From IMG/VR virus record IMGVR_UViG_3300007513_000081, positions 1-41,239 of that record: a stretch of 41,239 nucleotides of DNA; one strand, written 5' to 3'. The stretch is from a virus (taxonomy: Duplodnaviria > Caudoviricetes). A program made the translations under genes and the position numbers. The first letter of the stretch is position 1; every line of letters starts with the position of its first letter. Under the pieces are notes generated by a model, which was not told where the DNA came from, did not search any database, and saw only the letters and a list, made by a program, of their open reading frames with translations. Positions 11,201 to 19,936 of this stretch are shown piece after piece.

Positions 11201-14200
11201 GACGTATAATTGTTTCTCAGCTGCCCGTCGGAATCTTCCGTCCAGCCCTGTGCTGTGTCGCAAGAAGATGGATCATATCCCTTTTCAAGAATGATTGACT
11301 TCAACGATTCATCAACCTCGTTTTTCCTAATAACATGAATATTAATCTTGTCTTTGCCGAAACGACGAACACTGAATGATGTATCATTTTCCAAAATTGT
11401 ACCAAACTGATTAGCATAGGTAACATTAAATGTTGGCAACTTAGGTGCCGGATCAGCATATCCCTTTAGTGCAGCTGCGTTAGAAATAACGCTGGCTTCT
11501 GTGACTCCATCAAGTCCATAGTATGCTTTATCAGCATATAGTCTATCCTCCACAGAAGTTTTGCTCACTTTTATCAAATATTCTTTTTTAGTCTTCTCAA
11601 CTTCCCTCTTTTGGAGGGAAAGTGCCTTATTTACCTTTGTGATGTTCTCGTCTATTTTCGAATTCGAAAACGAGAATCCAAAAAAAGTTGTTGAATTGTT
11701 TTTCATTTTTTTAAGTTTCGAAAGTTGATGTTTAAGAAACTTTAGTTTCTTCTTCTCTTTGTTCAGTTCTTTCAAAAGATTTGAACTCTCATCGTCAAAA
11801 TTTCTTGCCTTAAAGGTGTATTGACTTCTTCCTGAAAAATAATTCTCTTCCACCCTCTTTGTACGAAGGTGTCTTCTGACATTCGCTGCCACAACAACAT
11901 CTTGAGCATCTTTAAAGGCATATTCACTACCGCCTTTTTCTGTATCATAATCCGTATATGGGCCCAGGCTGCCAGGCAGATCATCTACCGATGGTTCATC
12001 CTTGCCTGCCAAGACAGCAAGAGATTCGCCCTCTTCTCCTTTTCCTAGAGGGATTCTCTCTGTCTTCTCTAGCCACCCTTCTTCCCAGGGTGGCCACCAT
12101 TTTGTTTTCAATACAGCACCGAACTCAGTCCCATCTGGCTTGCCGTCTTTTCTTGTCGGGATGTGCCCGTTGCCAATCATTCCTCTAAATTCTGGATTGA
12201 TGATTGTATCTTGCAGTTTTCCATTTTGAGTTGTGAGTTTGCCTTCATCAACTGTTGTCACTTGAATGTTCTCTCCTGCCCATAAAATCTTGGGGACTTT
12301 TCTTTTGCCCATTTTTTGCTCAGTTATGGCAGGCTTGTAGAGAAGCATATCCGTATCATAGGCAGACACAATTGACGACACCGTTGCTTGTACAGTCCTA
12401 GATAGTGCTTCTTCAATAATCTTTGGCTGTGGAACAGAGGCATAAACATCCTTGTCGCACTTGTCGGACTCCTCTTCTTCGGGGAAAATTAAACCTAACA
12501 AATTCTTAAATCTTTTTTTCCTATCCTCTAGTGCTGAGTTAATAATATTGTCCATTTCTTCGTCGGACAAGTTTCCATTTGAAACTTTTTCTAATGCTTT
12601 TTTGCGATTAAAGAAGTCTTCATCCCTGCTCAGAGGACAATAGGACGGATTTCTCGCAGTTGTAGACGAGATGTCATCGGCTGCCTCCATAATTCGATCT
12701 CTCAATCCATCTAATCCCGTAAAGACTCCAAACATGCCAAAAGCTTCGTTAAACTTTTCTGGATTTTCAGAAAGAAACGAGAGGTGGGGATATTTGGTAT
12801 TAACAATCTTTGTAACGACTTCCAGTGTGTTTATAGATGCATTTCCGGAAAGCATCCGTAAACACTCATCAGGACTAACCAATACTGACACGTCTCTCAG
12901 CAATCTTCCCAAATCTTTTGTCGGGTTACAAAAAACTTGCTTCCTGATTGCTGCTTGAGATGTCTTCCGTTTCTGCTCATCTTCAAGAGATTTCACTTTC
13001 TTTTGCACTTTCATTTCAGACTTTTTTTCATCATTATCTCTTTGTTCCATCCAGTTGTTGGAATCAGAGAATTTATCACCGCCCACTTCATCGGGGGTTA
13101 CAATGTCGAACCCCTTCAGGGCAGAACTATAGTCTCTTGCTTCTCCCGTTATTGGGTCTTTGTATTTTGTTACGGTGCCATTTTTGATAGTGTCCTCTAA
13201 AAACTGTCCTGTTTCTGTCAAAAAGTCTTCCGATTGCTTTGCGAGATCTGCCAGAGATTGGCCAAGGGGACTTTTGTTAATTTCATTAAGATCTCCTGTT
13301 GCCACTTTATCCAGCAAATCACCAAAATTTTCAACAAACTTTCCGTGTTTGGTTCCGGCAAGATCTCCTTGCATTAACTTGTTAATGTCATCACAATCCA
13401 TCGCAAGAGACTCCAACAGGGCAAGTATGGTGGACAACACAATATCGACAACCAATTGAACTGCTGCGTTTTCTAAAAGTTTTAACAAATCTCCAAACGG
13501 ATTATTTGTCTTTAGTTTTGGTATGCCGCCGAAGCCGCCAAATTTGGGAATATCTAGTCCGAATGCTTTGAACAGAAGTATAATCAAAATCTGGCAGAAG
13601 ATCTCCAAGTTTATTACTTCCTCTATTATTTTTACAAACTCATCCAACATCTTATCATCAAATGGGTGTGCCTCATAGATGTTGGACTCTCTACGATTGA
13701 AGTTCTTGGGAGTGCCATGCATGTCACCAATCTGATCATGTATTCTGTTTTGTCTAGTATACTCGTTTGTTGTTCTGCTAGTTTTATCTCTCTGATCGTC
13801 ACCCATTCTCCACCAATGCATTGCAGGCCGTAGAAGAAATGGTGAATTTCGCAAAACAAGTTTTGGATCTGATAGATCTTTTGAATGGGATGCACTCAAT
13901 GCTTTATTGAAAAGAACGACTTCATCCAAAAATCCAGTGTAATTTCTTGTTCTATTCCCAGATGCTGCAAACGTAATGGGAGATGAAGAATTAAATATTG
14001 TATCAAAATCAGCATAACTATCCACCTTTGCGTCCAAGTCTTCTTTGCCGTTAATGAAGATCTTAATAGTGTCCTTCGGTCCATCAAAGGTAACAAGAAC
14101 GTGATGCCACTCAGAATCAAAAACCCTTTGACTGGAAGTTATCTGTTTGCGATTTTCATAAGTTCCATCCCCATGAAAAGTGACTTTAATGTTTCTTCTA

Positions 14201-15570
14201 CTCCCAACCTTTATTGCAAATGCTCGTTCTGCATCCGGTTTTGTTCTGTAGTGACTAAAGATATGAGTTCCACTTTTATTATCGTTAGATTTTGCTCGTA
14301 CCCATAGGGAAACGGAAAACTCCTTTAAGTTCTCGTGGATGCCGCCTGGATTTGGTTCTGCTACCATGTGAGATTTGTTTGTAAATTTAATTGCCTTTAC
14401 ATTTTGGGATGCCCTTTTTGATTCCCACTTTTTTCTTATCTTTCTTAACCTTGGGTCAAAGGATTCAAATTGTCTAATGGTGGGGAGGATATTTTTTAAC
14501 CCGAACTCCTTTATAAGTTCCTTGCACTCTAGTGGTGGCAAAGTACACTCTAATACTTTCTCCATCATCGTTGTTGGGCAAATTTTATTCACCACTTCCG
14601 ACCACAGTCGATGGTGCTTCATTTTTGCTTCCATGTTGGTGCCTAATCTCTCCTTGAGAGACTCAATGTTCTCCTTCTCAAAAAACTTTTCTCCTGGTTT
14701 GAAAAAGGAGTTTACTTCTCTACTATATTGCTTTCCAAACTTCTTAAACCCTTCGGTAGAGGGATTGCGAGTTGCTTTCTCAAAATATGCCTTTTGTTCC
14801 GCATATTGCTTTTTTGTCAAAAACTCTTTATCTGTATGTGGGGCACTACTTAACGAATCTTCTAGTTTCTCTATCTTTGGTTTTGGAAATTTTATGTATG
14901 TATCGACAAAAGCTTTCCACGAAAGTGGAGACTCATGCGACTCTTTGCTTTGTCCTCGGTGCTTTTCTTTTACCTGTTCTACGAAGGGATAAACTTTATC
15001 CTTCGCAAAAGAAGGAGTAATGCAGTCATCTCTCTGCCCGTGAATGCCTTCCTCGACTTCTGGAGTCTTTGTTTTGGCAGCCAGTGCATACTCGTGAATC
15101 TGATCTAAATTTAATAAGATTTCAAAAATATTTCTATCTACAATAACTTTTGATTTATCATTTTTCGGAAGATGGATTGTTTGGCCGCGGGTGGAGTCTA
15201 AATACCACTCCCCGAAAGTCGCATAAATGTAGTCGTCATATTCACCCTTGTTTACTTCCTCTAGGTGCCCAGTTTCTTTTAGATGTTCAATAATTTCCTG
15301 CCCTATCTTATTCAACTTGTTTGCCATATGTCTTTCAAAGTCAAAAGAAGTTACTTTATAGTGCTTGTTTCTTATATCTTGTTGCATGTTTTCGTTAAGT
15401 GCTCTAAGGTATTCAGCAACGACAACGATCTTTTTGCCAACAGATGTCTTAGAAAAATCATCACCATTCAAGTCTTGAATATAGATTTTTAAAGTTTTTG
15501 CATCGATAGTTGTTTTATCAATGTCGGGCAATTCTGGTGTATTCGTTATTTCTGTATTATCTGAAGCCAT
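8293..15570 (-). CDS. 2425-aa putative virion protein with internal LamG domain, His-rich module and hydrophobic C-terminus
   Basis: Uninterrupted ORF. LamG motifs (FSVSLWV, EWHHVLVTFD, IFING, GFLDEVVLFNKAL, WWRMGD) at ~13700-14400. Lies between the spike and gp25 genes. Confidence 0.65.
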   Translation of the reverse strand: MASDNTEITNTPELPDIDKTTIDAKTLKIYIQDLNGDDFSKTSVGKKIVVVAEYLRALNENMQQDIRNKHYKVTSFDFERHMANKLNKIGQEIIEHLKETGHLEEVNKGEYDDYIYATFGEWYLDSTRGQTIHLPKNDKSKVIVDRNIFEILLNLDQIHEYALAAKTKTPEVEEGIHGQRDDCITPSFAKDKVYPFVEQVKEKHRGQSKESHESPLSWKAFVDTYIKFPKPKIEKLEDSLSSAPHTDKEFLTKKQYAEQKAYFEKATRNPSTEGFKKFGKQYSREVNSFFKPGEKFFEKENIESLKERLGTNMEAKMKHHRLWSEVVNKICPTTMMEKVLECTLPPLECKELIKEFGLKNILPTIRQFESFDPRLRKIRKKWESKRASQNVKAIKFTNKSHMVAEPNPGGIHENLKEFSVSLWVRAKSNDNKSGTHIFSHYRTKPDAERAFAIKVGSRRNIKVTFHGDGTYENRKQITSSQRVFDSEWHHVLVTFDGPKDTIKIFINGKEDLDAKVDSYADFDTIFNSSSPITFAASGNRTRNYTGFLDEVVLFNKALSASHSKDLSDPKLVLRNSPFLLRPAMHWWRMGDDQRDKTSRTTNEYTRQNRIHDQIGDMHGTPKNFNRRESNIYEAHPFDDKMLDEFVKIIEEVINLEIFCQILIILLFKAFGLDIPKFGGFGGIPKLKTNNPFGDLLKLLENAAVQLVVDIVLSTILALLESLAMDCDDINKLMQGDLAGTKHGKFVENFGDLLDKVATGDLNEINKSPLGQSLADLAKQSEDFLTETGQFLEDTIKNGTVTKYKDPITGEARDYSSALKGFDIVTPDEVGGDKFSDSNNWMEQRDNDEKKSEMKVQKKVKSLEDEQKRKTSQAAIRKQVFCNPTKDLGRLLRDVSVLVSPDECLRMLSGNASINTLEVVTKIVNTKYPHLSFLSENPEKFNEAFGMFGVFTGLDGLRDRIMEAADDISSTTARNPSYCPLSRDEDFFNRKKALEKVSNGNLSDEEMDNIINSALEDRKKRFKNLLGLIFPEEEESDKCDKDVYASVPQPKIIEEALSRTVQATVSSIVSAYDTDMLLYKPAITEQKMGKRKVPKILWAGENIQVTTVDEGKLTTQNGKLQDTIINPEFRGMIGNGHIPTRKDGKPDGTEFGAVLKTKWWPPWEEGWLEKTERIPLGKGEEGESLAVLAGKDEPSVDDLPGSLGPYTDYDTEKGGSEYAFKDAQDVVVAANVRRHLRTKRVEENYFSGRSQYTFKARNFDDESSNLLKELNKEKKKLKFLKHQLSKLKKMKNNSTTFFGFSFSNSKIDENITKVNKALSLQKREVEKTKKEYLIKVSKTSVEDRLYADKAYYGLDGVTEASVISNAAALKGYADPAPKLPTFNVTYANQFGTILENDTSFSVRRFGKDKINIHVIRKNEVDESLKSIILEKGYDPSSCDTAQGWTEDSDGQLRNNYTSQENLFAHLISQKWQSYYNWTEEDKNTDLVKSDLKDSVDDNDEDDMMESTYDDIMRKTLILLAQEVSNTPLLTEIEGTKNNTTNKSAIGIQFVDVNPTQSKPHKQRGIDPRIMDFLSFVNQIKEDYKFFTDCKIGEVNIDGKRAYKTPLSLALRAAHPNMIARLYSIEFILQAIFPMVEFDTELTPLIETVLMQKIRNDMIKRPGYYKEFKDNCLEMQNLKSEHGMLDEPIAETYEEAFAPILKKEFAFALEKIKQVVLKECSEDSEENDKDSDPSSDSEEVSPKPGLELKNILLDNIDVIDVREDRFSKISLGLNSGQRKSLRKTKKAIRTAQKYINNTNKIITRLQTKDLDNPYLSDNAKESKILSSKRKEFKERQKKRKEFLNNELVKKNERFKDKNRIDFFSKGQLYLERYVKSSDGKIMTKISNKDVNLDSSNHLLDEKVEQYGIRLVYVELPERNKKTPLNEDVDVGPLMNLNTPGKNEYLYSVKDGGFLDDFESGNFDTRDFGKAKVPKIDSKGRKMRRSDGSLIFKEEKLKDVRATFRERTLFVHPIADFSIDADELLDLLGIDRDLKTSKECFEPQGVTGPGKMKNGSSFNHYHEYSIDENGNGFTTTLFGDFEGIGKREHEHEIRNFRILKHEYVPGIEETEHVHEIMQGSDISGIEELGGLTSGVSKKIFSHLMQELRDSDDFRIMFEYCFDLQSISSVVSTYAYLANSTRDLLRMFDVTKRRLENYLFNAQNGSDYFNSAISCNQNSLAKSMYNMGNTNLDDLWNPSLLLMILMTPLHIYKGWVKTADPHCLITQTVVDLGNAGFLIPKLETQKIEIPFTDPVECSEVTLPTLPGIKIAFPGFTQLVAAGVTYAPLLVSLPPYMPSPYGLIYYLVVDPLLMLMASWWLPIMMNDENSKNALKNAGLDLDKDVPLCLPGETTPIPSANSVSSGDDEDDGCAPLGPDPVDVGGYGKANC

Positions 15571-16478
15571 TAGTTTACCTTGTTAAACTTGCTGTTAATG
15601 AACAACTGTCCGTGGGGCATGGTGTAGGTGTCCCTAAAGAGTGCAAGGTTTCTTGCAAAATGAACAAGTCCCATTTCCACATCCTGGAAATGATTTTGTA
15701 AAGTTTGAGTGCCCTGATCAAGAAGCGGCTCACTTGGTGGAACGGTGATTCCATAAAACGGTGAATAGTGAAAATGTCCCATAATGACTGCGTTGTATGC
15801 ATCTTGATTTAAGGCAAAAGAGTTGACAATGCCAGAAAGATCATTCACCAAAGCAGCAAGTTCATCTAGTGCAAAGACTAGGTTGTCTCCCTTTGGGATC
15901 GGCTGCAAATCAGTATCATCGTTGTTGGCTATAAGTTCGATACCAGAAAAAGACTCAATTGCTCCACCTTGTGAGTTATGCGTATCGGCACCAGAAATTA
16001 TTTTAACACCTTCGCGACCAATGATTCTAACTGCATCTGCTTTTGCAGTAATCGCAGATCTCTCCGATGTGTTTCCTATGTGCCCCTCAACGAGATTGTA
16101 GTTTGAATCAACATCAGTCTTTTGAACAATCTGAATCCTTGCGGCATCTTTGGAAAAATTTGGATTAACATAATGATCAGAATTTCCAGGTCGGCCCACG
16201 ACAAGATCAATCGATCCGCACTTAGTGTGGCCGAGTCCACCATAACCACTTCCAAGGTGTGATGGTCTGTCCCTACCAAGAACGATACTGGAATTGTTAT
16301 TTCCCTCGAAGACGATCTCGTTGTCTGCGTTTATGAGTCGAGGGGTTCCTTCGTTAAATGAAGATCCGGCCAAACCAGATACACCCATAATTTGACTTTC
16401 GGATGCCTTTGATTTTTTTTGCCTTACAAAATTATCTTTTATCGAAGATCTGTCTATGTTTTTCTTTCTTGTTGTCAT
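15570..16478 (-). CDS. Baseplate central spike / gp5 C-terminal-like protein
   Basis: 302 aa. EIVFEGNNNSSIVLGRD, KADAVRIIGREGVKI, QPIPKGDNL and a C-terminal HxH (GHFHYSP), as at metal-bound spike tips. Baseplate context. Confidence 0.6.
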   Translation of the reverse strand: MTTRKKNIDRSSIKDNFVRQKKSKASESQIMGVSGLAGSSFNEGTPRLINADNEIVFEGNNNSSIVLGRDRPSHLGSGYGGLGHTKCGSIDLVVGRPGNSDHYVNPNFSKDAARIQIVQKTDVDSNYNLVEGHIGNTSERSAITAKADAVRIIGREGVKIISGADTHNSQGGAIESFSGIELIANNDDTDLQPIPKGDNLVFALDELAALVNDLSGIVNSFALNQDAYNAVIMGHFHYSPFYGITVPPSEPLLDQGTQTLQNHFQDVEMGLVHFARNLALFRDTYTMPHGQLFINSKFNKVN

Positions 16479-16485
16479 CTAAATC

Positions 16486-17541
16486 CTATGCGGTGGCGAT
16501 GCCACTTTCTCGTTTCACTTTTGCAAGTTCTCTATTTTTTAATAACTGAACGTGTGCTACATCTTTAAACTTCCAATCACCACCCCAAATAAGTCCAAGG
16601 TTTTTTGCCTCTTCACCGAGAGCTGCCCAGAAGGATTCTCTCTCTCTTTTCGTACCTTGTTCCCAATGCCATCGTTCGTCTACAATATCTGCTCCATAAG
16701 AATTCGGTTGACCGTTCTTCATCGCATTGTGAAAACTAAATAAAACCTTGCTATTTCCTGCTTCGTAAATCTTTCTTTGCACAGCAGGTGATCTCCATCC
16801 ATAAAAGATCTTTGGTTGGAATCCTCTTGCTCGGAGTCTTTCAATTATTATTCTCACCTTGCCAGATAGTGCCTTATCCATACTCATTAACTTCTTGCTC
16901 TGGGACCATCTGGCTGCGTTTCCTTCCCACCCCTTGGGCACAGAATCATCCGAAGGACTCTTTGAGATTAGGTTTGTCCCATTGAATAAGTTGGCAAGTG
17001 AACCGAGAACTCCACCCGCACCAATGATAATGCCACCAGCAAAAGTGCCCGGCTTGTGAGGAACCGAAGTTATAACTCCCTCAGATAAATTATACCTATT
17101 AACAAAATCACACTGGACTAAATCTCCAGGCGATGGTGTGGGAATAGAGAGATCAAAAATTGTAAAAACATCATGCAACTCGATGCAGATGTCATCATAC
17201 CCAGGCTCTTCTGGGTTTGTTGTTACTGGTTCGGGGATTGCGGCATGTAACTCAGGTATTCTAACTATGAATTGTCTTGGCACATCTCCTGATGGGTTTT
17301 TTAAATCAAAAGTTTGTGCGTGAGAGAAGTCTGATTGATCGCTTGTTTCCAGAACTTTTAATATATAACCTGTCCACGAGGTTATTTCATTTCTATCTAT
17401 CGACTCGGTTCCAGATGTCATTCTCCTCAATCTCTGTATGGGAGTAACTTCATCTGGGTGATCATAAACGAGACTGTCTAGATCTCTGCTTACCGGATTC
17501 AGAGTTCCGTGTTTATACTTAAACTCTCTCTCATTCGACAT
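16486..17541 (-). CDS. gp5-like OB-fold protein fused to M15 (L-Ala-D-Glu type) peptidoglycan peptidase
   Basis: C-terminal GWRSPAVQ...SFHN...GADIV...LGLIWGGDWKFKDVAHVQL matches the M15 zinc ligands (H, D, H). N-terminal IVRIPELH...PSPGDLVQCDF resembles the gp5/gpV OB domain. Confidence 0.8.
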   Translation of the reverse strand: MSNEREFKYKHGTLNPVSRDLDSLVYDHPDEVTPIQRLRRMTSGTESIDRNEITSWTGYILKVLETSDQSDFSHAQTFDLKNPSGDVPRQFIVRIPELHAAIPEPVTTNPEEPGYDDICIELHDVFTIFDLSIPTPSPGDLVQCDFVNRYNLSEGVITSVPHKPGTFAGGIIIGAGGVLGSLANLFNGTNLISKSPSDDSVPKGWEGNAARWSQSKKLMSMDKALSGKVRIIIERLRARGFQPKIFYGWRSPAVQRKIYEAGNSKVLFSFHNAMKNGQPNSYGADIVDERWHWEQGTKRERESFWAALGEEAKNLGLIWGGDWKFKDVAHVQLLKNRELAKVKRESGIATA

Positions 17542-17833
17542 TCTCTTTATTCTCCTGGATCATATCAAAGAGATCTTCCTTATCTCTTAGAGAAAGTCCG
17601 GTGTCGGCAGTGGTACTTTTATGCATAATGCCCACAAGTTTAACAAGTTGTTCGTTTGATCTTTGAAGTGTTTCCACATATTTTGCAGCAACAGTTCCTA
17701 CCTCGACATGTCGATCTTTTGAGACACTCAGATATTCCATAATGTCATTAAGAAGAGTTCTTGTTACTGCTCTATCGTTCTTAATGTTTGAGATTGCTTT
17801 TGTTATTTCTTTCTCTACTTTATCAGATGCCAT
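17531..17833 (-). CDS. Hypothetical helical protein
   Basis: 100 aa ORF overlapping both neighbours. Confidence 0.7.
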   Translation of the reverse strand: MASDKVEKEITKAISNIKNDRAVTRTLLNDIMEYLSVSKDRHVEVGTVAAKYVETLQRSNEQLVKLVGIMHKSTTADTGLSLRDKEDLFDMIQENKENVE

Positions 17834-18524
17834 CTTTGTCCCACCGTGTTTTAAATTGAGAATACTTCTGCCTCAACCTATTAAGTCCTCCGACAACTTG
17901 CTTTGTGTTTAGTCCGGTTATTTCTCTTATATAAAAGTAAATAGCTTTTTTATTGAAAATTTCAATGTTGTCAGATGACTCAAAAAGCTGCTTGATTGCG
18001 TCAAGAACCTTCCTTTCGTTCTCTTTGAGATCCATCTTTTCCCATTCGTCGATGTTATCCCAGAACAATCCCCAAAATTCTTTGCTTTCTCGAATTTCAA
18101 AATAATGATTAGTGGTTGACATATGTGCCTGCTCTAAGTCTTTTGGCATCTCATCATAATAAACTTCTCGTCTGTTTTGAATTGTGTTTCTTTTTACCTT
18201 ATGAATAAACCAGTTTTTTGTAATAACAGAGAAATACGAAAATGCCTTTGAGCCCTTTTCGGGATCAAACTTGTCTAGAATAGTAGTTAAAAATACTTTG
18301 CATTCTGACTTCAAATCCTCTATGTTCGGAAGTGTGGTAAATTTATATGTATAAACGATTTTGTCAACCATCTCGTTAAACGCTGGGTTGATCAGATCTA
18401 CATAGAGTTTTGTTTTTTCCTCTCTGTCGTCAGTAGAGGAATATTGCACAATTGCATCCTCGTGAACTTTGGTAAAGTACAGCTTACCCTTCTTCTTCGG
18501 TGGTGCCTTCATCATATTCTTCAT
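17823..18524 (-). CDS. Phage RNA polymerase sigma factor (T4 gp55 / sigma70 region 2-like); start uncertain (18524/18515/18512)
   Basis: LYFT, DLKSECKVFL and KFDPEKGSKAFSYFSVITKNWF give the sigma region 2 signature. C-terminal helix-turn-helix-like IREITGLNTKQV. Confidence 0.8.
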   Translation of the reverse strand: MKNMMKAPPKKKGKLYFTKVHEDAIVQYSSTDDREEKTKLYVDLINPAFNEMVDKIVYTYKFTTLPNIEDLKSECKVFLTTILDKFDPEKGSKAFSYFSVITKNWFIHKVKRNTIQNRREVYYDEMPKDLEQAHMSTTNHYFEIRESKEFWGLFWDNIDEWEKMDLKENERKVLDAIKQLFESSDNIEIFNKKAIYFYIREITGLNTKQVVGGLNRLRQKYSQFKTRWDKDGI

Positions 18525-18786
18525 ATTCCTTCTTAGTGAGAACTGGAGTCTCTTGTTGTATTTCACCCAAAAAATCTGATAGTTCTTTAGAGTGCTCTAT
18601 TAATGCCCCCAGTGTTTCGTCACCATAGAACGTGTCCAAGTTGTGAACAATATCAAGATGCTCTCGGAAAGATTCCATAGCACTGAACGATTCCTCTATC
18701 CTAGAATACATATCTAATGCTCTTCTCGATATTATAAATAAAAATATTGATAAAACAATGTTAATAAAAATCGATATATAAATCAT
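18484..18786 (-). CDS. Hypothetical protein with N-terminal membrane anchor
   Basis: 100 aa. Hydrophobic MIYISIFINIVLSIFLFII followed by an acidic helical region. Confidence 0.7.
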   Translation of the reverse strand: MIYISIFINIVLSIFLFIISRRALDMYSRIEESFSAMESFREHLDIVHNLDTFYGDETLGALIEHSKELSDFLGEIQQETPVLTKKEYEEYDEGTTEEEG

Positions 18787-19037
18787 TCAATAATCCTCGA
18801 AGAGAGATTGTCTCTCTCTCCTCTAATTTCTTTCTTGGCTTCCTCTATAAATTTCTTTACTTCGGAGCCAGTTTCCTTGTCTGCTGGTGTGTCTTTCTTT
18901 TCTAAAGAAAAATCGGATACTCGTTTTGTTAAGTCTCCAGAATCACACTCAATACATTTCTCCAGCTTGTCAGTCATCGCATGGCGATGTTCGAAAATGG
19001 TATCGCACGACAGGCACTCATAAACATATTTTGGCAT
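18783..19037 (-). CDS. FmdB-family zinc ribbon regulatory protein
   Basis: MPKYVYECLSC...KCIECDS (MPxYxYxCxxC...CxxC pattern). Confidence 0.88.
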   Translation of the reverse strand: MPKYVYECLSCDTIFEHRHAMTDKLEKCIECDSGDLTKRVSDFSLEKKDTPADKETGSEVKKFIEEAKKEIRGERDNLSSRIIE

Positions 19038-19707
19038 CAGATAGAAATATCCACGTTATCTAGCAAATCTAGATACTCTTTTTTAAGAGCTATCATAAAT
19101 CCATGACGCTGATCTCTGTTGTCTTCCAGCACCTGCCACACTTGTGGGTGAGATAATATTTCTCGACGAATTGATTCAGTTTTAAAGGTACTTGTGTCAT
19201 CCAACATTATCATCTTCGTTCGATCTTTTAATACTTCAAATTCTGAACGGGTGGAAAACTGACCTCCGTCCAGACACAAGACATCTATCTCCCTTGGTAG
19301 TTGATCTAAAACATTTTCACATTGATTATATTCCTTGATGTTACGTTCTCTCCATTCTAGCCATGGGTGTTGAAGGTATATGTCATGTTTCTGGATTTCT
19401 TCTATTGGGATTAGGTCTTCTACCTCGACAATCCTTCCATATAGTAGATTTAATTTTTGAAATGAATCTGTCTGATTCTCCATTAAGGACTTCCAGTAGT
19501 GAGATGCTTGGTTAAAAATTCAATATTTGCCTCTAGGGAGAAAAGTTGGGATTGGTCCCCTCTCTGTAGAATGGCGTCCATAAAGCACTTTGTGCTTCCT
19601 TCTCCATTCCACGTCCCTACTTCTACAAAGTTATTAAAATTTCTATTAGAAGTATAGTAAAAGATCTTCTCCCCGAAGAGACTCCCTCTATTAACTTGAC
19701 CTACCAC
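19037..19707 (-). pseudogene. Class I SAM-dependent methyltransferase split by a frameshift (ORFs 19483-19707 and 19037-19483)
   Basis: The N-half has motif I (FVEVGTWNGEGST) and FSLE; the C-half has IDVLCLDGG and IMLDD. One extra T in the T5 run (plus-strand A 19514-19518) fuses them as ...EANIEFFNQASHYWKSLMENQ... Confidence 0.7.
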
Positions 19708-19889
19708 TACGAATCATCGTCCTTTGGACTATTAACTTTGAAAGTTGGGGGATTGTTTACCACAAGCTCCCCTTCTGATGTCACATCAAAGTCTAAATCA
19801 TCTAAAATGACAGTTATATCAGATCTCTCAAGTAGGCATTTTTGTAATGCCATCATCAATGTTCCGTTTGCTTGTTTGCTTAGTTTCAT
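19707..19889 (-). CDS. Small hypothetical protein (MKLSKQANGTLMMALQKCLL...)
   Basis: AGGAG RBS before ATG 19889. Its TAG overlaps the next GTG start. Confidence 0.75.
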   Translation of the reverse strand: MKLSKQANGTLMMALQKCLLERSDITVILDDLDFDVTSEGELVVNNPPTFKVNSPKDDDS

Positions 19890-19907
19890 ATAATCTCCTA
19901 TCAAAAT

Positions 19908-19936
19908 ACTATATCATTTTAATTAAGTTTTGTTTA
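19908..19936 (-). promoter_or_regulatory. Candidate sigma70-type promoter TAAACA-N17-TATAGT with extended -10 TG
   Basis: Intergenic, 17-nt spacer, TGn before the -10, immediately upstream of an RBS. Confidence 0.45.

Noticed and set aside
19512-19520. Canonical X XXY YYZ slippery heptamer at the methyltransferase break
   Set aside because: The sequence is A TTT TTA, only a partial match, and I could not identify a downstream stimulatory structure. Programmed frameshifting is therefore not asserted.
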